Source of the DNA: Alphaproteobacteria bacterium | GTDB lineage: Bacteria > Pseudomonadota > Alphaproteobacteria > MPNO01 > UBA830 | Assembly: GCA_964291215.2 (NCBI GenBank) | Contig: OZ219791.1 | Coordinates: 1,088,001 to 1,152,000, forward strand | Direction of reading: 5' to 3' | DNA: 64,000 nucleotides | In this document: one piece after another, positions 13,177 to 24,521 of the stretch | How positions within the stretch are numbered: position 1 is the stretch's first letter | Layout: each line of letters begins with the position of its first letter | The notes under the pieces: generated by a model | Databases searched by the model: none | Told to the model about the DNA's origin: nothing | The model's input: the letters and a program-made list of their open reading frames with translations, nothing else | Made by a program: the position numbers and the translations under genes

Positions 13177-13935
13177 ATGGTTTTCCCAACGCAGAGGCAG
13201 GCATACGGGAGTGTCCGCGCCGTCGATCGCGCCGAGTTCGATGCCGGTCTGCGCGCGCACATGCTTCGGGTCTACAACTACATGGCGTCCGGATTGGCGC
13301 TCACCGGCATCTTCGCCGTGATTGTCTTCCAGATGTCCGTGGTTATGAACGCTACCGGACAGCCTGTCGCCTTCACCCAGTTCGGCCAGACCCTGTTCGG
13401 GACCGGCCTCAAATGGGTCGTCGTGCTTGCTCCGCTCGCTCTCGTGTTTTTCCTCAGCGCGCGGATCCATGCGATGAAATCGTCCACGGCCCAGGGGGTC
13501 TTCTGGGTCTATGCGGCGCTGATGGGGGTTTCGCTCGCGACCATCCTGTTCACCTTTACCTACGAGAGCATCGCACGGGTCTTCTTCATCTCCGCGGCGG
13601 CCTTCGCCGGCCTCAGCCTGTGGGGCTACACGACCAAGAAGGACCTGTCCGGCTGGGGCTCGTTCCTCATCATGGGGGTGATCGGAATCGTGATTGCCGC
13701 GGTGGTGAACATGTTTGTAGGCAGTTCTGCGCTGCAGTTCGCGATTTCGGTGATCGGCGTTCTCGTCTTCGCCGGGCTCACCGCCTACGACACGCAGAGC
13801 ATCAAGAACGAATACGCGGAGCGCTTCGACGCCGAGTCGAAGAACAAGCTGGCGATCTACGGTGCGCTCAAGCTCTATCTGGACTTCATCAACCTGTTCA
13901 TTATGCTCCTGTACCTGTTCGGCGAACGTCGCTGA
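13177..13935 (+). CDS. Bax inhibitor-1/YccA family membrane protein
   Basis: 'DAGLRAHMLRVYNYM', 'GYTTKKDLS', 'LTAYDTQ', 'GALKLYLDFINLF'. Confidence 0.92.
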   Translation: MVFPTQRQAYGSVRAVDRAEFDAGLRAHMLRVYNYMASGLALTGIFAVIVFQMSVVMNATGQPVAFTQFGQTLFGTGLKWVVVLAPLALVFFLSARIHAMKSSTAQGVFWVYAALMGVSLATILFTFTYESIARVFFISAAAFAGLSLWGYTTKKDLSGWGSFLIMGVIGIVIAAVVNMFVGSSALQFAISVIGVLVFAGLTAYDTQSIKNEYAERFDAESKNKLAIYGALKLYLDFINLFIMLLYLFGERR

Positions 13936-13955
13936 GGGGCAGCACCTAGTGTTTT

Positions 13956-13984
13956 CCGGCCGGGCGCTTCGGCGCCCGGTTCGG
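13956..13984 (+). terminator. GC-rich hairpin (TTCG loop) downstream of the Bax inhibitor gene
   Basis: CCGGGCGC-TTCG-GCGCCCGG; weak U tail. Confidence 0.45.
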
Positions 13985-14299
13985 TATGTGCCGGAATGCC
14001 GGCTCGCTGGCGAGCGGCCCGGTTTCTGGTACGGCGTGAACGCCTCCGGCGACGCCGCGCCCGAAACCGTGCGTGGTTCCCTCGTGGCGCCCGCCGAAGC
14101 AACCCGGGCATGACGAAAACACGCGCCGCCGGTCCCAGGCATCCGGCGAGATATGGATTCGTCGCGGAATGCTGCGCCGACCGTTGCTGACCGTCTCGCC
14201 CGCGGGTTGATGTGTCGATCCATCTGGAAGAACTCTCCCACAGGAAGCCGGTTCGCGATCCCGAATGGTGCCGCGCGCGCGCGGCGGGAAAGAGGGCAT

Positions 14300-15275
14300 T
14301 TGTGTGATGCGCGGCACGAAGATGTCCATGCCGTCCGCCAAGGTCGCCGGACCGGCTGCGAAAAGGGCGCGCGGAGAGTTTGTACATTCGACGGTGCGCA
14401 ATAGCGCGGGACATCCGGGAGCTTCGAGGTCAGATCTTGAATTCACGATCGACTGGACCAATGCAGGCGCAACCGCGGAACCGGAACTCGCAGCGGCGAA
14501 AACCGCGCAGCGGTGCTCGAGTTGGGACATGCGCTGGAAGTGCTCGATCCGGAAGCGGCGATAGCGGCCATCGACCCGGAAAACCCGGGTCCAGACTCCC
14601 GCACCATAAGGAATGCCGTCATCCACGCTAGACGCAACGGTCTTCCCCTTGAGCATCTTTCCGATTTGTGTCGCGCGGCCCTCTGTGATGGCGGGGAAGA
14701 GCTTGCTCGTGGGCGCCCAGATTCCGGAGATGGCGGAGACCTCTAGGCGACAGGCGCGCCCTGGCACCCCCTGATCGAAGCGCAATTGCCGGCGCAGAAT
14801 GTGAGGCGGGCCTTGGGGTTCGGCACCGAGCCGCTTCCTGCCCTTGCGCCTATAAAGGAAGCGATCGGAGTAGACTCCCCGGGGAACTGGAGAAGATATC
14901 GTGGCCGATCCGCTTCGGCGCCGCGACAATGGTCGAAGGCGCGGTGGCTTGGGATGGCGGCGGCGCCCGGGTTTCGCGTTTCGCGCCGAGTATACGTGCG
15001 TAAAACGCCTCCTCTTCTGCCGGGCTCTTGCTGACGTGCTGACAGCGTACGCTCGGGCACGCCGATCACGAAAGCCCGTTCACCGTCGACAACGCAATTG
15101 GGCCTGTGACGCGGAGTTCCTAGCGCCGTTTTCAGGCTTGCCGGCAAGGGTGTCCTCGCTGTTCGTGGGAGAGGAGGAAATCCAGGGACTGGCGGAGTTG
15201 TTCGGCGTTTCTCCGTTTGTGATCAAGCGCCAGATCGAAGATCACGATGTCGCCAAGGTCTGGCTGGGCGGCTGA
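14300..15275 (+). pseudogene. Degraded ImmA/IrrE-like metallopeptidase-domain gene
   Basis: C-terminal fragment 'KRLLFCRALADVL...QRNWACDAEFLAP...LAELFGVSPFVIKRQIE'; upstream frames broken, start approximate. Confidence 0.45.
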
Positions 15276-15560
15276 GGACGGCTGGACCGACAGTCCGAAC
15301 CAAACTGACGGCTGTGTGCCTGCATGTCCGGGTCGCCAATCGTGTCGAAACATTTGCAGGCCAGAAATCGCGTCGACACCGGTCGACCTTCGCAGACCCG
15401 GTTGTGGGCAACTGTCTCATGCTTGCTGAAGAAATTCTGTCATCAGCGTTGTCGCGCCGTATGCTTTGGCCATGCGTTGAGCATAGTGTGGGCCAGCAGG
15501 CTTCGTGCTGCTGGATATGTTGGAATCTGAGCGCGAGGCATTGCAAATATTAGTAATAGG

Positions 15561-16525
15561 GTAACTGCTCACCCCCTGGTTCCGGCTTGATGTCGGGGTA
15601 GAGCAACGAACGGGTTTTCGCGGAGATTTGACATTGCAGTCCGATTCGTTCAGTGACGGTCATCGAGAACGACGGGGACCGTCAGCGGACTACTTTGGAT
15701 CGAAGGCGACGATCGGGCTGTGCCAGCTGCTTCCGGGGCTCCAGCCCCCGCATGATCTGTATGTGGAAACGCATCCGGGAGGCGGTGCGCTGATGAAGCG
15801 CAAGGCGCCGGCGCTGTGCTCTATCGGGATCGACCGGCGAGCGCTGGACGGGTTCGGGTGCGACTATCCGGTGGAACTGATCCACGGCTGCGCCCACGCG
15901 TTCCTGGCCGGCCTTGCGTTCCGGGGCACGGAACTGGTCTGCAGTGATCCCTGCAGGCGACCCGCCGGTCGAAGCGGCGGTACCGCCACGACTACACCGA
16001 AGCCGACCATCCTGCTGGAGAAGACGACCCGCAAGACCGGCGCCAACTCCGGCCTTGCGCCGTCGCGGACGGACAAGGACGAGCGGCGCAAGGGCGCCAG
16101 CGGCAAGGGCCCGAAGCCGAACCTGCAGACGGGCGACAACCTCCGGAAGACCGTCATCGAGGAGACGGTCGCCGTCGAGGCCTGCGGCGCCGACGGCGTC
16201 GAGGCTGTCGACCGGGAGCGTCGCACGACATCGTCTTCGAGGTCATCGAGCGCCGCGTCGACGCCGAGGTCAAGGAGTGCCGGACCCGGGGGCGGTTTCC
16301 CGAGACCATGCCCGGACCGCTGCAGTACGGCGTCGATCTGCAGGCCTTCGTCATCAACCTGCCGGTCGCCCAAATGCTGTCCCTGCGCCGGGCCGTCGCG
16401 CTGGTGCAGGCGATCTCCGGGCTCAGGCTCTCCGAGGCCACCTGCCTCGGCTACGTCAGGCGCCTGCATGACGCGCTGCACTCCAGGCCGCCATCGCCGA
16501 GCTGCTGGAACGCCCGGCGGCTTTC
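15561..16525 (+). mobile_element. IS66-family element copy 3 (left part, less eroded) with DNA adenine methyltransferase remnant
   Basis: Left IR GTAACTGCTCACCCC at 15561; 'YFGSKAT...HDLYVETHPGGGA...GIDR...ELVCSDP' followed by TnpC N-terminal remnants; truncated by an IS4 end. Confidence 0.8.
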
Positions 16526-16527
16526 AA

Positions 16528-17047
16528 CCTGACACTATTGAATGCGTTGATTTCTGCATATCGTGTTCCCGCATTTTTCGGTAATTTTCGACGGAGTAGA
16601 GGAGGAATTGGTATCCCTGCAAGAGTTTCTCGGTTCCCGGCAGGGGTTGGCGCTCTCTGGGGATGAAGCCTGCCAGGCGTGCGACCTCGACGACGAAGGC
16701 TTCGATGGTAGGTTCGGGATCGGGAGGTCCACGCGGTTGGCGTCGTCTGACGGGCTTGTGGATGTTCAGGACCGTGATCTCGTCGCGGTGGACGATGCGG
16801 CTGGCTGGCGTGCGAGACGCTCGACGGTCATGACGCGGCATGCGGTGATCGCGTCGAAGGCCGGACACTTCCTCAGGTCGTAGGCCTGGCCGGCCCTCGA
16901 TCCGTGTGCCGACCTTCAGGGCCTTGAAGTATTCTTCAATCAGCCATCGCCTTTCGTGGAAGGAGACGGTGTCGAGGGCAGCGGTGACGTCGCCTTCGGT
17001 GGTGAGCAGCATCCGGCCAAGGGGATCTGCCGGTGGGCCGGGTTCCG
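16528..17047 (-). pseudogene. IS4-family (Tn5/IS50-like) transposase C-terminal remnant
   Basis: 'MLLTTEG...RRWLIEEYFKALKVGTRIE', 'VARLAGFIP...PLPGTEKL'. Confidence 0.75.
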
Positions 17048-20000
17048 GTGTGCCAGGCGAACTGGCAGAAGGTAGGGGGTGAAAGTCCCCTGTAACGAAG
17101 GAGTAACCAAACCGCGTTTGTATCTACTCACCCCTTGTTGGGTTCTGATTGGCCATAGTGCTCGTTGATGATGTCTGCGGCTTTTCCGTCGAGGGTGATC
17201 TGGGTGGCGACGAGTGGGTTGTAGCCGAGTGCGGCCATGGAGGTGAGGTAGCTTGAGCCCCGGCACCATGCTTTTGCGTGGAGCGGAAGCATCCGGACAC
17301 CTTGACCTTTGCCATCCTGATCTTCTGTTCTCCGGCATTGTTGGTGAAGCTGACGTTGGGGTCGTCTGTGAAGCGCAGGTTTTCGTGTTTCACGAGACGT
17401 TCGTGCAGGTTGTGCGCGTCGGACTTGCGTCCACGTTTTCCTTTCGTCGGCGGCGGGATGTCGGGCAGTTCCCTGGCGCCCTGATGGTGCGGTAGCGCTT
17501 GCGCCCGGCGTCGTTCAGGGTTTTGGATGCGCTCTTGTTGACCTTGTGGCAGATCTCGCGGAGCAGGCTCTTCATCAGTCGCGCCCAGCGGTAGCCTCGA
17601 CGACGAAGGTCAGTTCGCGCAGCAGGTGGCTGCCGCATAGCTGGTGGCTACACTGCCATGTACGAGGCCCAGGACGCCCTTGTAGCACGGGCCGATCTCT
17701 TGCCCGCGCTTGCGGTGCGGGAACTTGCACGTCCCGACGACATGGAGCCACTTGCTGTTGATCCGAAATCGTCGACATCGGGCGTTGCAGGAGGTGCGCC
17801 ACGGCGGCCTCCTCCCATGACGCATCGTGAAAGCATGGCCGAGGCCTCGGAGAGCTTGATGCCGGAGACCGCCTGCACGAGCGCGACGGCGCAGGGACAG
17901 CATTTGGGCGACCAGCAGGGACGAGGGCCTGGATGCCGTACTGCACGGGATGTTGTCGGGGAACCGGGCCTTGCACTTCGGGCATTCCTTGATCTCGGCG
18001 CGGCGCGACCTCGAACACGATGTCGTGCGGCGCTCGACGGGGTCGACGCCGTCGGCGCCGCAGGCATCGACGGCGACCGTCTCCTCGACGATGGTCTTGC
18101 GCAGGTTGTCGCCCATCTGCTGGTTCGGCTTCGGGCCCTTGCTCCCGGCACGCTCTTGTCCGTCTGTGACGGCGGCAGACCGGAGTTCCGGCTCGTGCCG
18201 GCTCGTGCGTGGTCTTCTCCAGAAGGACGACGATGAGGATGTCGAGCAGGATGACGAAGACGCGGATCACGGCCTCTTCCGACACCTTGCCGGCAGCGCC
18301 GCGGTCCTGGCCGCTTCGAACTCCTTGCGCGCCGCCCGTCGCCATCACCCGGCCTCGACGGTCGCCGCGAGCATCGCCTGGCGCTCGCCCGGCGGCATCT
18401 TCCGGTACTCCGCCGCTCGGCCTTGCGCTTCATCAGCGCGTTGCTTCCGAGATGCGTTTCCACATACAGATCATGCGGGGGCTGGAGCCCCGGAAGCAGC
18501 TGGCACAGCCCGCTCGTCGCCTTCGATCCAAAGTAGCCCACTGGCGGTCCCCGTCGTTCTCGATGACCACCACTAAACGAATCGGCCTGCAGTGTCAAAT
18601 CTCCACGAAAACCCGTTCGTTACTCTACCCCGACATCAAGCCGGAACCAGGGGGTGAGCAGTTACCCGCGTTTTTCCGCGAGCGTCGGTTCCCGCGAGGG
18701 GGCAGGCGAAGCGTCGGTAGCGGGGCTGATGAGCACCGAAAAGACCATGATTCGGGGTGCCGAGGCTCGGTCGAAGTCAACATCGCAGGCATTGCTATGG
18801 TGAGATGAACTCCGCGGTGTCAGAGAACCCGTCCGCACGCCTGGAACCCCGGGAGGTCTTCGAACTATCCCGCCTGTCGGGACCGTGCAGGGAAAGGAGA
18901 AAGCCTGTGAGGAACGGTTTGAAGAAGGGGGCCTGTGAAGGCGGCGAACAAGGGAGCTTCTGCGGAGCCGCTGGAGGAAAGGGCCTCAACCAAGGGGAAT
19001 CCGGGACGCCAAAGCACGCACCGAACGCAGTGTCGGGTGCCACAGGCGGCGGACCGGAGCTGCAGAGAGGAACCCGAAGGAGCGTGCACTCTTCCATCAC
19101 GCCGGATGCGCTTCGGGCGGCCGGTCTGAAGAAGGAAGCCTCGGCAGGTGTCGACGGCGAGGGTCTGGACGAGCGCTTGCTCGATCTGCACTCGCGCCTG
19201 CATCGTGGGGGAGCGTACCGAGCGTCGCCGGCGGGTTGAGATACCGGGATACGACCGCTTGCCGCACTGGAGGATAAGATCGTTCAGAAGGCGGTTGTGG
19301 ATGTGATCCTGACACCGATTCATGAGGTAGAGTTTCTTGGCTACGGGTTCCGACGGAGGGGCGCTCTCGACGCCTTGGCGTCGAGCGGCGCAAGGTCAAC
19401 TGGATAGCCGACGCGGACATTCAGGCGTACTTCGACACGGGGATCGGTTGATCGCGTTCCTGGAGCATCGCGACAGGCGGGTGCTGATACGCAAATGGCT
19501 GAACGCTGGCGTCCATGGAGCGACATCGGTGCGGGCACGCCTCAGGGTGCCAGCCCCTGCGAACGTGTTTCTGCACTATGTGCTCGATCTGTGGTTTCAC
19601 AAGGCGTCCGAAGGTTCCGGATGGGCAAGCGATCATTATCCGGGACGATATTGTGGTCGGGTTCCAGCGGGATACGTAGACATACCTTCGCGACGTTCGA
19701 GAGAGGCCGCTTTGGTCTCACCCTTCACCCGGACAATCGTCGAGTTTGGACGGTTTGCCAAGGCGAGCTCGCGGGGCGGGTTCGACTTCCTGGGCTTCAC
19801 GCACTTCTGCAGGGAGACCCGGAGAGGACGCTTCAGGCTCGGTCGCAAAACGGGTCGCCGCATCGAGGAGGTGCTTCGCAATCGACGGCATCACGACATA
19901 TGGGAGGTCGGCGGGTCTGTCAAGGCTGGTTCAACTACTTCGCCGTCCCGGGCCGGTGGCTGCGCACGTTCCGCCACAGGCTGCAACGCCTGTGGATGCG

Positions 20001-20196
20001 AGCGATCCGCCGCCGCTCCCGGCGCCACCGTTTTGACTGGAAGCGATTGGAGCGCATGACCGAGCCTCTTTGGCCGCCCATCTGCCACCCATGGCCGGAC
20101 CAGCGGTTTACCGTCAAGCACCCGAGGCCGGATAGACTGGCGTCCAGGTCCGGATCTGTGCGGGGGGTGCGCAGCAATGCGCATCTCTACCGCAAC
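17048..20196 (+). mobile_element. Group II intron with decayed RT/maturase, interrupted by IS66 copy 4
   Basis: 5' GTGTG at 17048; domain V/VI-like 3' end ...GTCCGGATCTGTGCGGGGGG...CTACCGCAAC at 20196; RT remnants 'KVNWIADADIQAYFD', 'IRKWLNAGV', 'GTPQG', 'ANVFLHYVLDLW', 'FDFLGFTH', 'HPWP'. Confidence 0.88.
17120..18665 (-). mobile_element. IS66-family non-autonomous element copy 4
   Basis: Same TIRs; 8-bp TSD CCGCGTTT (17112-17119, 18666-18673). Confidence 0.9.
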
Positions 20197-22223
20197 TTCG
20201 GGCCAGTTGGGTTAGGGCGGCGATGCGCCAGGCGATCACCGCGTTGATCGCCACCGCCCGTTCGATGCGCCCCCCCGGTTCGATGTGCGATCGTTTCCAC
20301 CTTGCATCCCGACTTCAGGATCCGGTGCCAGTCCTCGATCCGCCACCTCAACCCGTAGAGCCGCACCACGTCGCGAGCCTGGTGCAGGCTCGCGACAGGC
20401 AGCGTCGTGAGCAGGACCCACGAGACCGGTTCCGACCCGTCGTCGGGCATGTCCACCTCCTCGGCGTGGACCGCGGTCAGCACCACCGGCTCCGGCCCGA
20501 AGCGCGCCCTCTCGCCCGCAGGCGGCGGGATCTCGAGTATCAGCCAGCGCAGGCTCACCCCGGCGCCTCGCCCGCCCGGCGAAGGCCTGCTGCGCCCCTG
20601 TGCCGCGCCGACAGCCGCTCCACCGTGGTCGAGAACCGTCCGCCCTCCGGAGCCGCGCGCACACGCTCGAACAGCCAGCCGCGGCCGAAGCTGCGGTCAT
20701 GTCGCGCCCGCACCAGCAGCGCCAGCCGGCGGTAGCCCGCCGCACTGTGCTCGTGGAGTACGTCGAACATATCACCCTCGCGGTCCATCACCGCGACCGC
20801 CTTCACCCCGTCCAGTTCCTTCGTCGCCGCGATGCTGTGGCGAAGGTCGCGCAGCCACCGTTGCGCTCCTCGACCGGACGGTCCTTGTCCGTCCCGCCGT
20901 CCGGGGCGCCGAACTCGAGGTTGACAACACCCGGCGGAACCCCGTCGCCGCTCACGGCGAAGGTCGTGTGCAGGCCCGATGTCCCCGAAGACCCCTTGTT
21001 GCGGCCGATCGTCCCGAGACCCTCGCAGCCCTGGCGGGTCGCGAAGCTCAGGCAATCCTGCACCAGAAGCGACGGCGCCTGGCCCTGCATCTGCCGCAGC
21101 GTCCGCTCGCGATGGCCCCCGATGATGGTGGACGCACAGACCGCGTCGCAGTCCGGATGCTCGATCATCCTGCAGTACCCCTTCACCGCCGCCTCGCAGC
21201 CGGCCGCCGCCGCGAAGAACGTCTTCGTCGGCGACCGGGCCTGAACCTCCGCACAAGCCGTTGCGTCAGGCGGGCGTCTCCCAACGGCGCGGCACCGAAT
21301 TTGTTCTCCGCCGCGCTGTCAAGACCGTCCCCGGGCGCCAGAACGCGCCGCGCCTTCAAGCAGGTGTCCCGGTCCGCCGTCAGCGGCAGGACCAGGATGC
21401 GCTTCGCCGGTTCCGCCACGAAACCGGCGCCCGGAAGTCTCACCGACACAGCGCCAGCCGGCCGCCAGGAAGCAGCTGCCCCGGTACGCAACAAAGGTCT
21501 CGGCCAGAACTGGACGGATGCCACAGGCCGCCGCAAAGTCCCCGACCACGCGCCGGACCGCCATGCCCGGGACCCGCGACGCAAGACAACGCACGGAAAC
21601 CGACGGACGGATCAGGAACCGCGCCAGGCCGATCACCCCGTCGAGATGCGGCTTGCATCATCCCGGCCAGGCCAAGCATCCCGTGCCGCCAGGACCCGCG
21701 TCGCAGGAGCAAACAGGAACCCGCCAGCCGTGCAACGACCCGATCAGATAACGCAACTGACGGCCGACGTGAAGCCGGGCGCTGCGCGGATGCTCCGATG
21801 CCATCAGCTCGTTGAACACCGGACGAAGCTCCGATCCCTCCGACCCGGACAAGCTCAAGGCCCCGCGCTGGCCGGCAGGCCCACAGGCTCGGGAACTGCC
21901 ACCTCCCTGCGGGCAACGGTCCCGCGGCCGCCGCTACGGCGGGGCGAAGGAAGAACGATCTTGTCCGCCCGCTTAAGGCGGCGAAGGGCGGCAAGGCAAC
22001 TCGTGACCTGCGGTCGCCCGCGAAGGCCAACAAAGCCGAACGCATCGCATATCCTGCGGCCGATCTCGGCCCGTGAGACTTCCGGCTGTGCCAGAATCCG
22101 CAACAGCTTCTTCATGCCTTCCGCCGAGGAAAGCGCACTCGGAATCGAAACAGGACCATCCATGCGCACCACGATAGCGCGAACAAATCAGCGAGTTAGG
22201 AGGAAAATGTGTCCTATGGGCAG
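20197..22223 (-). mobile_element. Degraded DUF4338-IS4 (Tn5-like) transposase element
   Basis: 'SRAEIGRRICDAFGF', 'GRQLRYLIGS', 'FGAAPLGDARLTQRLV', 'VMDREGD', 'WVLLTTLPV...YGLRWRIEDWHRILKSGC'; Tn5-like end CTGCCCATAGGACAC at 22223. Confidence 0.75.
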
Positions 22224-22243
22224 GGCGCGCCAGCGCCGCGAAC

Positions 22244-23293
22244 TCACTCCGCGGCTTGGGCCACCGCCGGGTTGTTTTCCTCGGCAATCATCCTGTCGAG
22301 GTTGCGTATCGCCTGCAGCCCGCCGCCGTCGTGGTTGATGTCGACGCGAGAGAGGGTGGTTCCGCTGTCGACGTTCTCCTGCTGCAGCCCGATAATCCAG
22401 AGGTCCTCGAGGAAGGCCTCGTGGATGTTCTGCACCAAAAGGTCCGTGATCCACGGCTCGTCGATCCGGAAATCGTGTGCCTGGGCCCAGAAATAGTGCG
22501 TCGTCTTCTCGGTCTCGGGCGTGATCGCGTTGAGGTTGCGCATCGTGAAGCCCTGCGACCTGTCGCCGTCGACCGCGCCGGTATTCGCGCGCGCCGCGCC
22601 GATGTCCAGTCTGACGAATGCCGGCGGCGTCCAGGTGATGTGCTGCCAGCGGTCGACATGCTCTCCGGGCGTGAAGCTGCCGGCCTTCTGGAAGAATGGC
22701 GGGGGCAGCGAGTCCATGATCCAGCGGGTGACGGTGACGTGGCGGTCGCTGCGGTCGAACCGCATCGGCGTCTCGGCGACCGCGTCGGTGCCAAGCGTTG
22801 TCTTGTGGATGAAGCTCAAATGGGAAAGGTCGAGGAGGTTCTCGACCAGCAGCTTGTAGTTCGCCTTGAGGTGCATCAGCTCGCCCTTGGCGCGCCACTC
22901 GGGATGGTCCATCCAGTGGAAATCCTCGATGTCGTCGGGATTGGCGAGCGCAGGATCGCCCATCCACACCCAGATCCACTGGTAGCGCTCGACCACGGGG
23001 TAGGAATGCACGCGGCAGTTTGGTGGGACCGCTGACTGCCCGGGCACCCGGATGCACTCCCCGTTGGCATTGTAGGTGAGGCCGTGATAGGGGCATTCGA
23101 CCGCGTCCCCGACTAGTTGCCCCGCGGACAGCGGCGCATGGCGGTGCGCGCACTTGTCGGCAAGGGCGACTGGGGTTCCGTCCTCCTGCCGCCAGAACAT
23201 GACAGGTTCGTTCAGAAGCGTGCGCCGAAGAAGGTTCTGGCGGCCGACTTCCGTGCCCCAGGCACCGACATACCACGCATTCCGCAAGAACAT
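22244..23293 (-). CDS. Rieske non-heme iron oxygenase alpha subunit (VanA-like demethylase)
   Basis: Rieske 'CAHRHAPLS...CPYHG', mononuclear Fe motif 'ENLLDLSHLSFIH', 'FLED'. Confidence 0.9.
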   Translation of the reverse strand: MFLRNAWYVGAWGTEVGRQNLLRRTLLNEPVMFWRQEDGTPVALADKCAHRHAPLSAGQLVGDAVECPYHGLTYNANGECIRVPGQSAVPPNCRVHSYPVVERYQWIWVWMGDPALANPDDIEDFHWMDHPEWRAKGELMHLKANYKLLVENLLDLSHLSFIHKTTLGTDAVAETPMRFDRSDRHVTVTRWIMDSLPPPFFQKAGSFTPGEHVDRWQHITWTPPAFVRLDIGAARANTGAVDGDRSQGFTMRNLNAITPETEKTTHYFWAQAHDFRIDEPWITDLLVQNIHEAFLEDLWIIGLQQENVDSGTTLSRVDINHDGGGLQAIRNLDRMIAEENNPAVAQAAE

Positions 23294-23337
23294 GAGGTTT
23301 CTCCCAAAACCGTTTACCGTGCCGCTAGTCTAGCCGA

Positions 23338-24384
23338 TCAGGCACCGCCTGTCCCGTTCTCCGCCTCAAGCTCGGTCCTCGCGGTGAGCTGCCGCCGCGC
23401 CGCGAGCGACGGTGCGTCGACGGCGAGGTCGATCCAGCCGCGCTCGGGATCCCGGTCGATCGATTGCTGTTGCGCCTCGAGGATCGTGACATCCTCAAGG
23501 AACGTTTGCAGGAAGCCGTCATACATCTCCTGTTTCCAGGCGTCATCGTCGAGCCGGAAGTCCCACACGTGGCCGTAGAAATAGAAGGTCGAGGTCTCGG
23601 TCTCGGGTGTCGGCGCATTGAGCGCACGTATGTGGATGCCCTCGTCATATTCCCGAGAGCCCTCGGGCGTACCGGCGCCCGTCGGCCCACACCCCGCGTA
23701 GACGATCGTATGGCCGGGCGGCCGGCTCTCGACGATCTGCCAGCGGTCGACCATGCCGTCGAACCCGCCGGCCTTCTGGAACAGTGGCGGTGCCGGACGA
23801 TTGACGATCCAGCGGGTCATCTGGACCATGTCGTCGGCCCTCTCCGTCTTCATCGGAAAATCCACGATGGCGTCGTTGCCGAGAGTCTGCTTGTGAACAT
23901 AGCCGAGATGGGACAGGTCCAGGAGGTTGTCGGTCACCAGCTCGTAATTGCAGCGGATGTGGAGAAGCGATCCGGGATTGAACCCCCAGCCCGGATCGCC
24001 GGTCCACCACCAGTCGGGGATCAGAGACTCGTCGGCGCTGCCGGGATCGCCCATCCAGATCCACAGGAAGCCGTGCTTCTCGACCAGCGGCCAACTCCTG
24101 ATCGCGGCGCCGGGCGGTACGCGCGACTGGCCCGGAACGGCGATGCAATGTCCACTCGCGTCGAATTCCAAGCCGTGATACCCGCACTGTACACGGTCGT
24201 CGATGACGGTGCCGAGCGAAAGGGGCAGGTGGCGGTGGCAACACCGATCCTCAAGCGCGACCGCGGTCCCGTTCGAGGTGCGGTACATGACGACGGGTTC
24301 GTTGAGAAGCATCCGGCCGAGCGGACCGCCACCTTCCAGTTCACTGGAATAAGCCGCCGCATACCAGCAGTTCTTCATGAACAT
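23338..24384 (-). CDS. Rieske non-heme iron oxygenase alpha subunit (VanA-like demethylase), paralog
   Basis: 'CCHRHLPLS...CGYHG', 'DNLLDLSHLGYVH', 'FLED'. Confidence 0.9.
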   Translation of the reverse strand: MFMKNCWYAAAYSSELEGGGPLGRMLLNEPVVMYRTSNGTAVALEDRCCHRHLPLSLGTVIDDRVQCGYHGLEFDASGHCIAVPGQSRVPPGAAIRSWPLVEKHGFLWIWMGDPGSADESLIPDWWWTGDPGWGFNPGSLLHIRCNYELVTDNLLDLSHLGYVHKQTLGNDAIVDFPMKTERADDMVQMTRWIVNRPAPPLFQKAGGFDGMVDRWQIVESRPPGHTIVYAGCGPTGAGTPEGSREYDEGIHIRALNAPTPETETSTFYFYGHVWDFRLDDDAWKQEMYDGFLQTFLEDVTILEAQQQSIDRDPERGWIDLAVDAPSLAARRQLTARTELEAENGTGGA

Positions 24385-24521
24385 TGTCGAAGCCTAGACA
24401 ATACGCACGGGAAATCAACCGCGTTGCCGGATTTCGGTGCGCCGCCGGGACCATACCCGCGATGGACAGGCCGCGCGGCACGCGATACCATCCGTCCGTG
24501 CGATAATGGAGAGGTACCGCT

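Noticed and set aside
8006-13935. FIST-tesA-ybbAP-Bax inhibitor cluster as a novel system
   Set aside because: Resembles a common alphaproteobacterial arrangement; nothing unusual seen
18990-20125. RT as a retron, DGR or defence RT
   Set aside because: It lies between group II intron 5' and 3' ends and is heavily frameshifted
20407-22338. 643-aa plus-strand ORF and other long antisense ORFs (e.g. 12217-14241, 27894-29870, 45158-47197)
   Set aside because: Shadow frames of GC-rich genes or pseudogenes, low-complexity, with no recognisable motifs
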